Assembly (NCBI GenBank): GCA_022567895.1
Contig: JADFGC010000003.1
Location: 1-32,000 of the forward strand
Origin: Nitrososphaerota archaeon
Lineage (GTDB): Archaea; Thermoproteota; Nitrososphaeria; Nitrososphaerales; Nitrosopumilaceae
DNA: 32,000 nt
Reading direction: 5' to 3'
Shown here: in pieces, positions 15,160 through 24,308 of the stretch
Layout: each line of letters starts with the position of its first letter
Numbering within the stretch: the first letter of the stretch is position 1
Notes under the pieces: model-generated
Databases searched by the model: none
Told to the model about the DNA's origin: nothing
The model's input: the letters and a program-made list of their open reading frames with translations, nothing else
Program-made: the position numbers and the translations under genes

Positions 15160-15546
15160 CTATTTTGGACGTTTGATTCCTTTTGTGTTTAAAAGTTCGT
15201 AAACTTCTGGAATTGCCCAAGCAAAACCAACATGAACACAATTTTTATCTTCACAGAGTTGGCAGAATAGCTCTCCCCTTTGCATTGCGACCTCTGCAAT
15301 TCTGTTTTTGATAGTATCTTTTAGAATTACTCTATCTTCATCAACTGAAATCTTTTCAATTTTTGGAGCATATTTTGCAAAGGTTTTGTCCTTTTGCATC
15401 ATCTCCTCTAGCATGTAAGTGACATATCCTGAAAAGCTGTTAACGCCTTTCATTAGAAGGTCTTGTTTATTTTTTTGATAAACATCAAAGAATTTACTAT
15501 AGACTATTTCTGAAACGGTGATTGATTTGAAACCTTCTTTTGGCAA
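15160..15546 (-). CDS. Hypothetical protein, possibly a ribbon-helix-helix DNA-binding protein with a C-terminal Cys cluster
   Basis: 128 aa. The N-terminus (FKSITVSEIVYSKFFDVYQKNK) looks like the strand-helix start of an RHH/CopG fold. The C-terminal part contains CQLCEDKNCVH. Function is an inference only. Confidence 0.45.
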   Translation of the reverse strand: MPKEGFKSITVSEIVYSKFFDVYQKNKQDLLMKGVNSFSGYVTYMLEEMMQKDKTFAKYAPKIEKISVDEDRVILKDTIKNRIAEVAMQRGELFCQLCEDKNCVHVGFAWAIPEVYELLNTKGIKRPK

Positions 15547-15660
15547 TTTACCTTCCTCTTACCGTACTTTCAAGTACCTATTATAAAACGTTTATTGTTT
15601 AGAATTTTGTGCTTTAAATCAAGAATTAGTCTTTATACAATACTACAAGTGTAATCCAAT

Positions 15661-16560
15661 ATGGCTCGAGGATATCAAACAGATGACATTAAACAAAAAC
15701 TGGTTGATGTATTACAAGACTCAAAAACTGGAATGTCAGGCGTTGAGATAGCAAAAAAACTCGGTGTCAACAGAATTACGATAACAAAATATCTGAATGT
15801 TTTTGCTGCAGAGGGCTTGATTAGAGAAAAAAAGATTGGAAATGTAAATCTCTGGTATATTGAAGAAGGCGCAGAACAGTTCCGATTCCCTGATGACTAT
15901 TTCAAAGTAAAAATAAAATTCATCGATTATCTAACTGGAGGTTCTGAACATCACGCTTACAATTTGATTAGAAACTGTCTTCATTCAGAGACCACTGTTC
16001 AAAAAATTATGACAGAAATTATTACTCCCGCAATTGAATCAACTCAACAACTTTACAAGGATGGAAAAATTGGAAACTCTGAAGAAAAACAGCTCAGCAA
16101 AATAATTTCAAATTCTGTTCAGATGTTAAATCTAATTACAGTTGAGGAAAATCCAAAAAAGAATGTCATTGTCTTAGCAGCAGACACAAAAAGCACTCTT
16201 CTTTCTGATGCAACTGCTGCAGCACTTTATTCTGATGGATGGAAGGTCTCATCATTAGGAGACATGTCTTCTGCCATCGATGTCTTGTTTGATCTGGATT
16301 TGCAGAAATTTCTTGGCAAGGTGTGGAAACAAAAAACTGGAATAATGATAGTTGTAGTTTTCTCAGATTCTGAAGAAGGATTGAATTTCTTTTCAGGAGC
16401 AGTAAATTCCGTTAAAGAAAATCTTGGAAAAAAGTTGTTTTTAGTATTGTGTGGCAAAGTTGGTAAAAAGATTGAGATGAAAGCCGATTTAATTTCTGAA
16501 AAACCTATGGATATTATTCAATGGTGCCAGACAACTTTTGAAAGTTCAGAATCAAAATAG
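15661..16560 (+). CDS. Winged-helix HTH regulator fused to a B12-binding-like (cap plus Rossmann) domain lacking the His ligand
   Basis: 299 aa. The N-terminal wHTH is MSGVEIAKKLGVNRITITKYLNVFAAEGLIREKKIGNVNLWY. The middle helical part (ITPAIESTQQLYKDGKIGNSEEKQLSKII) resembles the B12-binding cap. The C-terminal part (KKNVIVLAADTKSTLLSDATAAALYSDGWKVSSLG...MIVVVFSD...LFLVLCGK) resembles the cobalamin-binding Rossmann domain, but DxHxxG is replaced by ADTKST. Confidence 0.5.
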   Translation: MARGYQTDDIKQKLVDVLQDSKTGMSGVEIAKKLGVNRITITKYLNVFAAEGLIREKKIGNVNLWYIEEGAEQFRFPDDYFKVKIKFIDYLTGGSEHHAYNLIRNCLHSETTVQKIMTEIITPAIESTQQLYKDGKIGNSEEKQLSKIISNSVQMLNLITVEENPKKNVIVLAADTKSTLLSDATAAALYSDGWKVSSLGDMSSAIDVLFDLDLQKFLGKVWKQKTGIMIVVVFSDSEEGLNFFSGAVNSVKENLGKKLFLVLCGKVGKKIEMKADLISEKPMDIIQWCQTTFESSESK

Positions 16561-16649
16561 TGGGCCGAGTGAGATTCGAACTCACGACCTTTCGATGTCT
16601 GAATTAGATTTATCAGTCGAACGCTCCAGCCAAGCTGAGCTACCGGCCC
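16561..16649 (-). tRNA. tRNA-Ile (anticodon GAU) with a 14-nt canonical intron (16597-16610)
   Basis: Hand fold of the minus strand: GGGCCGG-TA-GCTC-...-GAGC-G-TTCGA-CTGATA[AATCTAATTCAGAC]A-TCGAA-AGGTC-GTGAG-TTCGAAT-CTCAC-TCGGCCC-A. It starts 1 nt after the stop of the upstream convergent CDS. Confidence 0.85.
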
Positions 16650-16681
16650 TCAGAAAATTCCTTTGAAGCAGTCATTTAAGT

Positions 16682-17236
16682 TTAATTTTCTTTCCACTTG
16701 ATGGAGCACCCAATAGAAGGATCAAAATCTTTTTCAATCTTTTCTCCAGTGAGTAATTTTTCGATATTATTTATCATAGTTTTTTCAGTTGCAGTGTCTT
16801 CTGGATTCATTGCATTGTCAATTCTTCCATGAAAAACAAGCTTTCTTTCCTTGTCAAAGAGGAATGGGTCTGGAGTACATGTTGCGCCATATTTTTTTGC
16901 AATTTCTTGAGTATCATCAACTAGATAATCGAATTTTATTCCTTTTTCCTGTGCAGTTTTTTTCATGTTTTCAAAATTGTCATCAGGATAGTTTGTTGGA
17001 TCATTGCTATTGATTCCAACAAGTGCAACTTTGTCTTTGAATTTCTCATGAATTTCTTTGATTGCTTCAACTTTAGCTTTCACATAAGGGCAGTGATTGC
17101 ATGTGAAAAGTACAAGCAAACCATCATAGTCCTTGTAGTCATTTAGTGAATGGTTTTTGTCATCAATTCCAATTAAATCAAAGTCAGGTGCTTGATCTCC
17201 TGTCTTTAGTTTAATTTGTGATTCTAGTAAAACCAT
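16682..17236 (-). CDS. Thioredoxin-fold thiol-disulfide oxidoreductase (redoxin / AhpC-TSA family)
   Basis: It has the CxxC motif FTCNHCPYV, the LKTGDQAPDF start typical of this family, and a C-terminal GCSIKW. I prefer ATG 17236, which has a TTTTATTT element about 28 nt upstream. The track's GTG at 17305 would add a hydrophobic extension and place the promoter inside tRNA-Ala. Confidence 0.7.
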   Translation of the reverse strand: MVLLESQIKLKTGDQAPDFDLIGIDDKNHSLNDYKDYDGLLVLFTCNHCPYVKAKVEAIKEIHEKFKDKVALVGINSNDPTNYPDDNFENMKKTAQEKGIKFDYLVDDTQEIAKKYGATCTPDPFLFDKERKLVFHGRIDNAMNPEDTATEKTMINNIEKLLTGEKIEKDFDPSIGCSIKWKEN

Positions 17237-17313
17237 TAACAAAAAATGCAAAATAGCAAATAAAATCTTTGCCAAGACAACAATTAAAATCAACACGGAA
17301 TTCACAAAACTCA

Positions 17314-17387
17314 GGGCTGATAGTTTAGACTGGTAGAATACCCGCCTTGCACGCGGGGGGTCGAGGGTTCAAATCCCTCTCAGTCCA
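17314..17387 (+). tRNA. tRNA-Ala (anticodon UGC)
   Basis: Hand fold: GGGCTGA-TA-GTTT-AGACTGGTA-GAAT-A-CCCGC-CTTGCAC-GCGGG-GGGTC-GAGGG-TTCAAAT-CCCTC-TCAGTCC-A. It contains the G3.U70 alanine identity pair. Confidence 0.9.
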
Positions 17388-17467
17388 TTACAATTTTTTA
17401 TAACGATCAGTTTGGGATTTTAGAATGTAAGATGGATTTAAATAGGATTAGTTAGGGTCTGAAATAC

Positions 17468-17569
17468 ATGACAACAGCAGCAGATGGTTGGCCTGTATGG
17501 ATTCCTCTTATTGTTGGTTTGGCTCCAGGATTAGTTTACTGGATTGTTATAACAGCAAGACGAAAATAA
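17468..17569 (+). CDS. Candidate 33-aa single-TM micro-protein (not in ORF track)
   Basis: ATG 17468 to TAA 17567-17569 encodes MTTAADGWPVWIPLIVGLAPGLVYWIVITARRK. The TATA-like GATTTAAATAGG ends 14 nt upstream of the ATG. A T-rich tail (cttctttttcttatttt) follows. GC content is locally raised. Confidence 0.3.
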   Translation: MTTAADGWPVWIPLIVGLAPGLVYWIVITARRK

Positions 17570-17700
17570 ACTAATTTTAATTCATAACTTCTTTTTCTTA
17601 TTTTCTAATCAATGATTCTATTAGGTTAAACCTTGTAACCTACCTTGTTGACATTATGATATATCGTACAAAATTAAACACTTTGAGTAAATTTGAACAT

Positions 17701-18768
17701 ATGAAAAGTATCATACTGATAGTATTTTTCGCACTTTTGTTGTTTCCAATTAGCTCTAGTTTTTCTCAAAAAACTGATCAACCATCGCAGTTTGGAATCG
17801 CACTTACTAGCTTTACGCCATACAATTTCAAAGATGATGATGGATATACTGTAATTATTGGAGAAGTTGAAAATCTGAAAAACTTTCCAATTACTCAAGT
17901 TAAAGTGTGGGCTGGATTTTATGATGATATCAATAAACAACCACTTGAAACAGCAATTGGCACAACAGTTATTGACGTCATTCCACCATTTGGTAAATCC
18001 CCATATGTGATAAAATCGCCAAATCCAAATTCTGCCATAACTAGTGTCTCAGTAAACCTTCTTGGTTTTACATCAGCATCACCAAAAAATGTGCAGCTTG
18101 TAATAGATTCTGAAATCACTGAAATTGGAGAAAATATCAAAATTTCAGGAACTATCACAAACAATGCTGCTGGAGAAGCATCTCAAACCAAAGTCCATGT
18201 TGCATTTTTTGATGCCTTTCAGCCACCTAGAATTTTAGGTATTGCAACAATTGAACTTGAAGAACCCATAGGAGGTAATTCTAGTACAAATTTTGAATTT
18301 TATGAAAAATTTGATTCACGTTCATTAGGTTACAAAGTTTTTGCAGAGTCTGCAAACTATTACTCTAACATTCAAAATGTTGAGATTTCACATTCTGAGG
18401 CTTTAACAAAACTTGTTACAATTAATGACATTTCAATAAAAGATGATGAAGGAAACAAACTATCAGATGTTAAAGCAGGAAACAGAATAAATATTGAAAG
18501 CAAAATTTGGATTCAGTATTCTGAAGATCAAGAAACATCCGAGCAACCATACAGATACTATGTTCAAGTAAAACAATCAGGTGAAAAAGCATTTGTTGAA
18601 TTTATCGGAATCTATGAAGGTTCATTTAGCTCTGCAGGAGCTAAGTTTCCGGAAGTAAAATGGACTCCAAAGAATACAGGATTGTATTTTGTTGAAACAT
18701 TTGTGTGGGATACCAATGCAGTTCCACTAGCATCAAAAGGTCCAATAATTCTAATACTTGTGACCTAG
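17701..18768 (+). CDS. Secreted protein of unknown function with repeated beta-sandwich-like modules
   Basis: ATG 17701 gives a classic signal peptide (MKSIILIVFFALLLFPISSSFSQ), with an AAATTAAACA TATA-like element about 25 nt upstream. Two internal segments look related: VIIGEVENLKNFPITQVKVWAGFYDD... and KISGTITNNAAGEASQTKVHVAFFDA.... The track start at 17656 adds 15 non-signal residues. Confidence 0.6.
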   Translation: MKSIILIVFFALLLFPISSSFSQKTDQPSQFGIALTSFTPYNFKDDDGYTVIIGEVENLKNFPITQVKVWAGFYDDINKQPLETAIGTTVIDVIPPFGKSPYVIKSPNPNSAITSVSVNLLGFTSASPKNVQLVIDSEITEIGENIKISGTITNNAAGEASQTKVHVAFFDAFQPPRILGIATIELEEPIGGNSSTNFEFYEKFDSRSLGYKVFAESANYYSNIQNVEISHSEALTKLVTINDISIKDDEGNKLSDVKAGNRINIESKIWIQYSEDQETSEQPYRYYVQVKQSGEKAFVEFIGIYEGSFSSAGAKFPEVKWTPKNTGLYFVETFVWDTNAVPLASKGPIILILVT

Positions 18769-18801
18769 CTAATTTATTTTCAAAGAGTGTAAAATCAAAT
18801 A

Positions 18802-19266
18802 ATGGCAAAATACGAACTTGTTGCTACAGGCGGAACTTTTGATATAATCCATAAAGGACATATTGAATTATTAAAAAAAGCATTTGAGATTTCATCAACT
18901 GTCATTATTGGATTAACTAGTGATGAACTGGCAGAAAAAAAAGGAAAAAAAACAACCAATGACTATTCCACCAGACTTGTATCACTAACTTCAGTGATTG
19001 AACAAAATTTTCCAAGATCTTCATTTAGAATTAGCAAACTTGACAATGATTTTGGGCCAGCAGTTCTTGAAGGTGAAGTACAAGCTTTGGTTACAAGTGA
19101 TGAAACAAGTTTTCAGGGAGATGTTCTTAACAAGCTTAGAGCCGAAAAAAATCTTCCAAAAGTTGAGGTTGTTGTGGTGCCAATGGTTTTGGCTAAAGAT
19201 GGAAAAAAGATTTCCACATCGAGAATTAATAAATCAGAAATAGACTCTCAAGGAAACTTCTCTTGA
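18802..19266 (+). CDS. Phosphopantetheine adenylyltransferase, archaeal type (cytidylyltransferase fold)
   Basis: 154 aa. The N-terminus (VATGGTFDIIHKGHIELLKKAF) carries the (T/H)xGH nucleotidyltransferase motif. Size and pattern fit archaeal PPAT (COG1019). Confidence 0.7.
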   Translation: MAKYELVATGGTFDIIHKGHIELLKKAFEISSTVIIGLTSDELAEKKGKKTTNDYSTRLVSLTSVIEQNFPRSSFRISKLDNDFGPAVLEGEVQALVTSDETSFQGDVLNKLRAEKNLPKVEVVVVPMVLAKDGKKISTSRINKSEIDSQGNFS

Positions 19267-19330
19267 ATTGACAAGTAACTATTCTATGTTTGAGTAAGTG
19301 TGATAAAACAAAAAATTTCCACACGTAATC

Positions 19331-19660
19331 ATGCCAATAATCAATCACATGATGAAGCAAATTGATAATGATGTAACAAACCTACAAGAGGGATTACATC
19401 CTGAAAATCTTGCATTCTGGTATAGCAAAATTATCAAAGAAACAAAAGATATGGCACCACCATGGCTTCAAGACAAAATTAAGGTAAAGCAAGATCCAAT
19501 ACTACAAATGAAATTCAATCTAGACATTTCAAAGCGTGCGGTTCAATACTTTATGATGGCAGTTGAGAAAAATTTAGATCATATGCCATATTCTACAAAA
19601 CTGTATTTTCTCAAAGTTCAAGAAATTATGGAAGGCGAAGTAGACAAATCTCTAGTTTAG
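19331..19660 (+). CDS. Hypothetical protein
   Basis: 109-aa ORF with ATG start and no recognised motif. Confidence 0.45.
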   Translation: MPIINHMMKQIDNDVTNLQEGLHPENLAFWYSKIIKETKDMAPPWLQDKIKVKQDPILQMKFNLDISKRAVQYFMMAVEKNLDHMPYSTKLYFLKVQEIMEGEVDKSLV

Positions 19661-19662
19661 TT

Positions 19663-19944
19663 CTATTCTTTTACGATTTCAATTTCTTCATTAGAAATTG
19701 TTGCTTCAACGATTTTGTGTTTTTTTTCTAGTACTGATTGAATAAAATCAGCAAACAATTCTACGTCATGGATACTTTTGAAAAGTATACTATGGGCAGA
19801 TTTGTCTTTTAGGCAAACAACAACCTCAGTATCAACAACATTCAAAATTTCTGTAATTAATGTCTCTTTGCTGTCTTTAATGGACAGTAAACTAGAAAGT
19901 TTTTGTGCTTCGTATTTGTCTCTACAAGAAATTCTAATGTTCAT
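19663..19944 (-). CDS. Hypothetical protein
   Basis: 93-aa ORF. Its start overlaps the trpS stop by 4 nt (19941-19944), suggesting co-translation with trpS. Confidence 0.5.
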   Translation of the reverse strand: MNIRISCRDKYEAQKLSSLLSIKDSKETLITEILNVVDTEVVVCLKDKSAHSILFKSIHDVELFADFIQSVLEKKHKIVEATISNEEIEIVKE

Positions 19945-21053
19945 TTATTTTCAAAGAGAAATTTGTCAAGTTGATCTCTAGCCTTTTCACGCTTTTCCTG
20001 ATGCACTTTTAGAAAACCATTAATTTTTTCAATTAAGATTGCTTTTAGCTCACCAGTTAACAATTTGCCTGACTTGTATTCATCATAAATTTTCTTTAAT
20101 GCATTATCATCTGGTTCAAAGAAAATTCTAAGATATTGATATGATACATCAATGTCTGGATTGCCACCTAATTTTCTATGCTGATCAACATCCGGCTGTC
20201 CACCTGAAAAGGCATACTTGTTGATTTTCGTTTTCACGACATCTGGAGTATCTGTAGTGTAAATGGTAGTATTTTCTTCTGATGCTGACATTTTTCCACC
20301 AGGTCCTTGCAAACTTGGAATCATAATATTGTGAATAATGGCGGGTTTTTCCTTTCCAATCTTTGGTGCAACATCTCTTGTTAGTCTAAAATGAGGATCC
20401 TGATCAACTCCAAGAGGAATCAGTACTGGTTTATCCTCAATAAAACATGGTGCAGATTGAAGTGCTGTATAGAAAATCATTCCAATGTTTGTATCATTTG
20501 TAAATCCAAAAACTGCTTTAATGTTTGAAAAATTGATTTTCTTTGCAACCTCAGCAGCTATTGGATAGAGCTCCTTGATATTTTCTGTATCGATAATTAT
20601 TTTCGTATTTTCTGGTTTGAATCCTAATGCGATAAAATCCAGAGCATTCTCATAAGCGAATTTTTTTGCCTCATCAAGTTTCAAGTTTTGCTTTGAAAAG
20701 AATTTCTCATCATCAGTTAACTGAAAATACATATTCACTCCAAATTTGTCTTGAAGCCATTTTGCAAAAACCCATGGTACTAAATGACCAATGTGGGTGT
20801 GACCAGAAGGTCCGCGACCAGTATATAGGAAAAACTTCTTTCCTTTTTCATAATCATCTAAAATTCGATTCATATCCCTATGGGAAAAGAAGATTCCTCT
20901 TCTCAGCATGAAATGATCTTCTCCAGCTATTTTCTTTATTCGTTCCAAAAGCTGATTTGTAATTTTTTGAGTACCAAACCTCTTGATTAATTTATCATAA
21001 TCAATTTTACCCTCCACATGCCATGGGGTTACGACAAAATCATCAGTCGACAT
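19941..21053 (-). CDS. trpS: Tryptophanyl-tRNA synthetase (archaeal/eukaryotic type)
   Basis: 370 aa. The N-terminus is VVTPWHVEGKIDYDKLIKRFG. The class I HIGH motif is PSGHTHIGHLVP and the KMSKS variant is GGKMSASEE. Confidence 0.85.
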   Translation of the reverse strand: MSTDDFVVTPWHVEGKIDYDKLIKRFGTQKITNQLLERIKKIAGEDHFMLRRGIFFSHRDMNRILDDYEKGKKFFLYTGRGPSGHTHIGHLVPWVFAKWLQDKFGVNMYFQLTDDEKFFSKQNLKLDEAKKFAYENALDFIALGFKPENTKIIIDTENIKELYPIAAEVAKKINFSNIKAVFGFTNDTNIGMIFYTALQSAPCFIEDKPVLIPLGVDQDPHFRLTRDVAPKIGKEKPAIIHNIMIPSLQGPGGKMSASEENTTIYTTDTPDVVKTKINKYAFSGGQPDVDQHRKLGGNPDIDVSYQYLRIFFEPDDNALKKIYDEYKSGKLLTGELKAILIEKINGFLKVHQEKREKARDQLDKFLFENK

Positions 21054-21105
21054 TCATGAATGACTTAGGTTAAGGTTTAAAAAGTCTTTTTCGAACTCAC
21101 TGCTG

Positions 21106-22497
21106 ATGTCTCAAGTTTTTCATGAGATTGAAAAAAAAATTATCAGATTGTTAAATGACAATCCAAAACTAACCCCAGAAAAAATTGGTGCTACAACTGG
21201 ATTAACTCCTGATCAAGTAAGACGGGGAATTGAGTGGCTTAAGCTAAAAAACTTAGCAAATATTGAAGAATCAAAACAAGTCTATCTTCGACTTGGTGAA
21301 AATGGATTAGAAGCAAACGCAAAGGGTTTACCTGAACGACAATTACTTAATCTTCTAAAAGAAGAACCTAAGAAATTAAATGAATTAAAAAAAGAACTAC
21401 AATCCATTTTTGGTCCTGCAATGGGCATAGCTAGAAAAAACAATTGGGTTGAAACTGACGGAGAAAATGTCTCATTAAAAAGCGCACCATCTGAAACATC
21501 AGAGGAAAAAATCATCAAAAAAATTGGAACAAACAAAATCCTAATTGATGAAATAGAGGACAAAAACACCCTAGAGTCTCTCAAAAAAAGACCAAACTTT
21601 ATCATCGAAGAGATAGAAAAATCTCAAAAAATTTCCTTAATTGAAAAAATTGAAATTTCTGAAGATGTTAGTATCAAAAAAGCTATTGATGTTGAAGCAG
21701 CTGTTCCACAAGTTTTTGTCGCAAAAACACATCCTCTAAAAGATACAATTAATGAAATCAGAGAAATTTTTGTCACACTTGGATTCAGTGAAATTCTTGG
21801 AACTCTTACTCAACCAAGTTTCTGGAATTTCGATGCTCTATTTACTCCTCAAGACCATCCTGCAAGAGAGATGCAAGATACATTCTATCTTGATGGCATA
21901 ATTTCTAAAAAAATTGCCACTCCAAAACAGATTCAGCAAGTTTCAAAAACTCACAAGAATGGATGGAGATACATGTGGAATATTGCCGAAGCGCGTAAGA
22001 TGGTTTTAAGAACACACACTACTTGTGTCACAATAAAATATTTAGCTGATCACAAACCTGATGAAGCAAGAGTTTTTTCATTAGGACGAGTTTTTAGAAA
22101 TGAAAAAGTCAGTTATAAACATCTAGTTGAATTTAATCAAATTGAAGGAATCGTTGTTGGAAAAAATACAACTCTACGTGACTTGATGGGAATTCAACGA
22201 GAGTTTTACAAAAGAATGGGTCTTACCAAAGTAAAATTTTGGCCAACATTTTTTCCTTACACTGAACCATCATTGCAATCCATGGTGTACAACGAAAGAT
22301 TAGATAAATGGGTTGAATTGTTTGGAATGGGAATTTTCAGACCAGAAGTTACAAAGCCTCTTGGAATAACAAAACCTGTTCTAGCTTGGGGTGGAGGAAT
22401 TGAAAGAATTGCAATGCTAAAATATGGACTAGATGATGTTAGAGAATTTTACAATAACAACTTGAAATGGTTAAGGAGTATTTCAAAATGCCAGTAG
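21106..22497 (+). CDS. pheS: Phenylalanyl-tRNA synthetase alpha subunit
   Basis: 463 aa. The class II core contains HPLKDTINEIREIFVTLGF, FDALFTPQDHPARE, LRTHTT, FRNE and WGGGIERIAM. The TATA element TTTAAAAAG lies about 26 nt upstream of the ATG. Confidence 0.9.
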   Translation: MSQVFHEIEKKIIRLLNDNPKLTPEKIGATTGLTPDQVRRGIEWLKLKNLANIEESKQVYLRLGENGLEANAKGLPERQLLNLLKEEPKKLNELKKELQSIFGPAMGIARKNNWVETDGENVSLKSAPSETSEEKIIKKIGTNKILIDEIEDKNTLESLKKRPNFIIEEIEKSQKISLIEKIEISEDVSIKKAIDVEAAVPQVFVAKTHPLKDTINEIREIFVTLGFSEILGTLTQPSFWNFDALFTPQDHPAREMQDTFYLDGIISKKIATPKQIQQVSKTHKNGWRYMWNIAEARKMVLRTHTTCVTIKYLADHKPDEARVFSLGRVFRNEKVSYKHLVEFNQIEGIVVGKNTTLRDLMGIQREFYKRMGLTKVKFWPTFFPYTEPSLQSMVYNERLDKWVELFGMGIFRPEVTKPLGITKPVLAWGGGIERIAMLKYGLDDVREFYNNNLKWLRSISKCQ

Positions 22498-24128
22498 TTG
22501 AACTTGAACTTCCAAGACTTCAAAAATTAGTTGGAAAAACAAATAGAAAAAAAATTATGGAAACACTTCCGTTTCTTGGTTTAGATATAGAATCTGAAGG
22601 AAATGACATCGTTCGTGTAGAATACAGCCCTAATCGTCCTGATTACTCTACTGATTTTGGAATTGCATTAGGTTTGCAAGGACTATTAGGAACTAAAAAA
22701 GGAATACAAAAACTAAAAATCAAAAAAGCAGGCAGTTTTCAAATTAAGGTTGATTCATCAGTAAGCAAGGTAAGACCATTTGTTACAGGAATTGTTGCAA
22801 GAAATGGAAAAATCGACGACAAAGTTTTACGACAAATTATTGTTATGCAAGAGGATCTTCATTTTGGTATAGGTCGACGTCGCAAAAAATCTTCAATTGG
22901 AATTCATGATTTAGACACAATTTCATTCCCATTATCATACACAACAACTACAAGAAACCACAAATTCATTCCTCTAAATTCAACAAAAGAAAACAGCATT
23001 TCTGAAATTCTAAAAAACTCCCAAGTTGGCCAAGATTACGGCCACATATTAGGAAATTCTCCTAAAGTTCCAATTATACTTGATTCAACTGGAAATACAG
23101 TTTCTTTTCCACCAATAATTAATTCGTTAATGACAACTGTTACAACAAAAACGAAAAATCTTTTTGTTGAAGTTACAGGAACTGACAAAATTGATGTTGA
23201 AGATATGTTATCAGTTGTCGCTATGATTCTTCAAAGTGCTGGATTTGAGCTTTGTACAGTAAACATTTCTGGAGCAAAAAATTCTACCCCTCAATTCAAG
23301 GACAGAAAAATCATTCTAAATGAGAATTTAGCAAATTCTATGTTAGGTTTGAATCTTTCACCAGCAAAAATTGTTAGTACTTTAAAAAAATGCAGGCTAG
23401 AAGCTACTGCAAAAAACAAAAACATTGTTTGTACTGTCCCACGATATCGGTTTGATATCTTTGGAACTATGGATTTGGTAGAAGAAGTTGCTTTGGGTTA
23501 TGGAATTGAAAATCTCACCCCAAACCTTTCTCCCCCTCAAACTCTTGGACAAAAAAACCATGAATTTGAAACCTTGAACAGTTTGAGTCATACGATGGTG
23601 GGCCTTGGATACATGGAAGCTCTTAATTCAAGTTTAACAAGCAAAAGAATTCTTTACGATCTTACAAATCGTGATTCATCTAACATGATGTCCGTAATGG
23701 ACTCAAAAAGTCAAGAACATACAATTCTTCGTGATTTCATTCTAGCTGGATTGATAAATAATTTGTCAAGTAATATTCATGAACCTTATCCACAAAAAAT
23801 GTTCGAAACTGGAACAGTTTTTTCAAAAGGTAATCCTGTAAATGAAGAAATCCATTTAGCTTGCGTTAACGCTCATAATGATGCTAATTTCTCTGAAATT
23901 AAATCAATTATGCAATCAACATTAAAAACTGGATTTAATATTGAATGCAACACAAAAACATCTTCTCATCCAACTTTTGCTGAAGGAAGTACAGCTGAAA
24001 TCATAGTTAATGGAAAACCATATGGAATCATTGGTGAGATTGATTCTAAGGTTAAAGAAGAGAACTTTAAGATTCGAGTTCCAGTCGTTGGATTCGAAAT
24101 TAAACTGTCTGGATTAATATTTGACTAA
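22488..24128 (+). CDS. pheT: Phenylalanyl-tRNA synthetase beta subunit
   Basis: MPVVELELPRLQKLVGK... is the typical archaeal PheT start, and YSPNRPDYST is conserved. ATG 22488 has AAGGAG about 10 nt upstream and overlaps pheS by 10 nt. Track start 22467 adds 7 residues. Confidence 0.9.
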   Translation: MPVVELELPRLQKLVGKTNRKKIMETLPFLGLDIESEGNDIVRVEYSPNRPDYSTDFGIALGLQGLLGTKKGIQKLKIKKAGSFQIKVDSSVSKVRPFVTGIVARNGKIDDKVLRQIIVMQEDLHFGIGRRRKKSSIGIHDLDTISFPLSYTTTTRNHKFIPLNSTKENSISEILKNSQVGQDYGHILGNSPKVPIILDSTGNTVSFPPIINSLMTTVTTKTKNLFVEVTGTDKIDVEDMLSVVAMILQSAGFELCTVNISGAKNSTPQFKDRKIILNENLANSMLGLNLSPAKIVSTLKKCRLEATAKNKNIVCTVPRYRFDIFGTMDLVEEVALGYGIENLTPNLSPPQTLGQKNHEFETLNSLSHTMVGLGYMEALNSSLTSKRILYDLTNRDSSNMMSVMDSKSQEHTILRDFILAGLINNLSSNIHEPYPQKMFETGTVFSKGNPVNEEIHLACVNAHNDANFSEIKSIMQSTLKTGFNIECNTKTSSHPTFAEGSTAEIIVNGKPYGIIGEIDSKVKEENFKIRVPVVGFEIKLSGLIFD

Positions 24129-24155
24129 GTAAATTTCATAGTGCCCTTAGAGCAG

Positions 24156-24308
24156 GCACATAGACGGATTAGAATGATGTAGATCGTAATGATGCCAATG
24201 ATTTCTAATTCACCCAGATGTGCTACATATTGGGCAGCCCCGGTTAAAGATCTCAGGGAGGAGAATGGCTATCACCAATGATCCTGTGCGAGTCAGAACC
24301 GGGGAACA
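24156..24308 (+). ncRNA. Candidate two-hairpin box H/ACA guide sRNA
   Basis: GC-rich island in the 266-nt gap after pheT. Hairpin 1 has lower stem GCACAT(24156-61)/ATGTGC(24218-23), internal loop AGAC / ACCCAG, and upper stem GGATTAGAA(24166-74)/TTCTAATTC(24203-11). Its apical region opens and closes with UGAU (possible tandem G.A K-turn), and ACA sits at 24225-27. Hairpin 2 has lower stem CCCCGGTT(24238-45)/AACCGGGG(24297-304), an internal loop, an upper stem with a GA/UGAU K-turn-like element, and ACA at 24306-08, followed by T6. In both hairpins 13 nt separate the upper stem from ACA. TATA-like AAGTAAATTTCATA lies about 26 nt upstream of 24156. Confidence 0.45.

Noticed and set aside
18998-19243. 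81-aa alternative-frame ORF inside the PPAT gene
   Set aside because: It is on the same strand but out of frame within a gene with a clear nucleotidyltransferase motif. No evidence supports overlapping coding.
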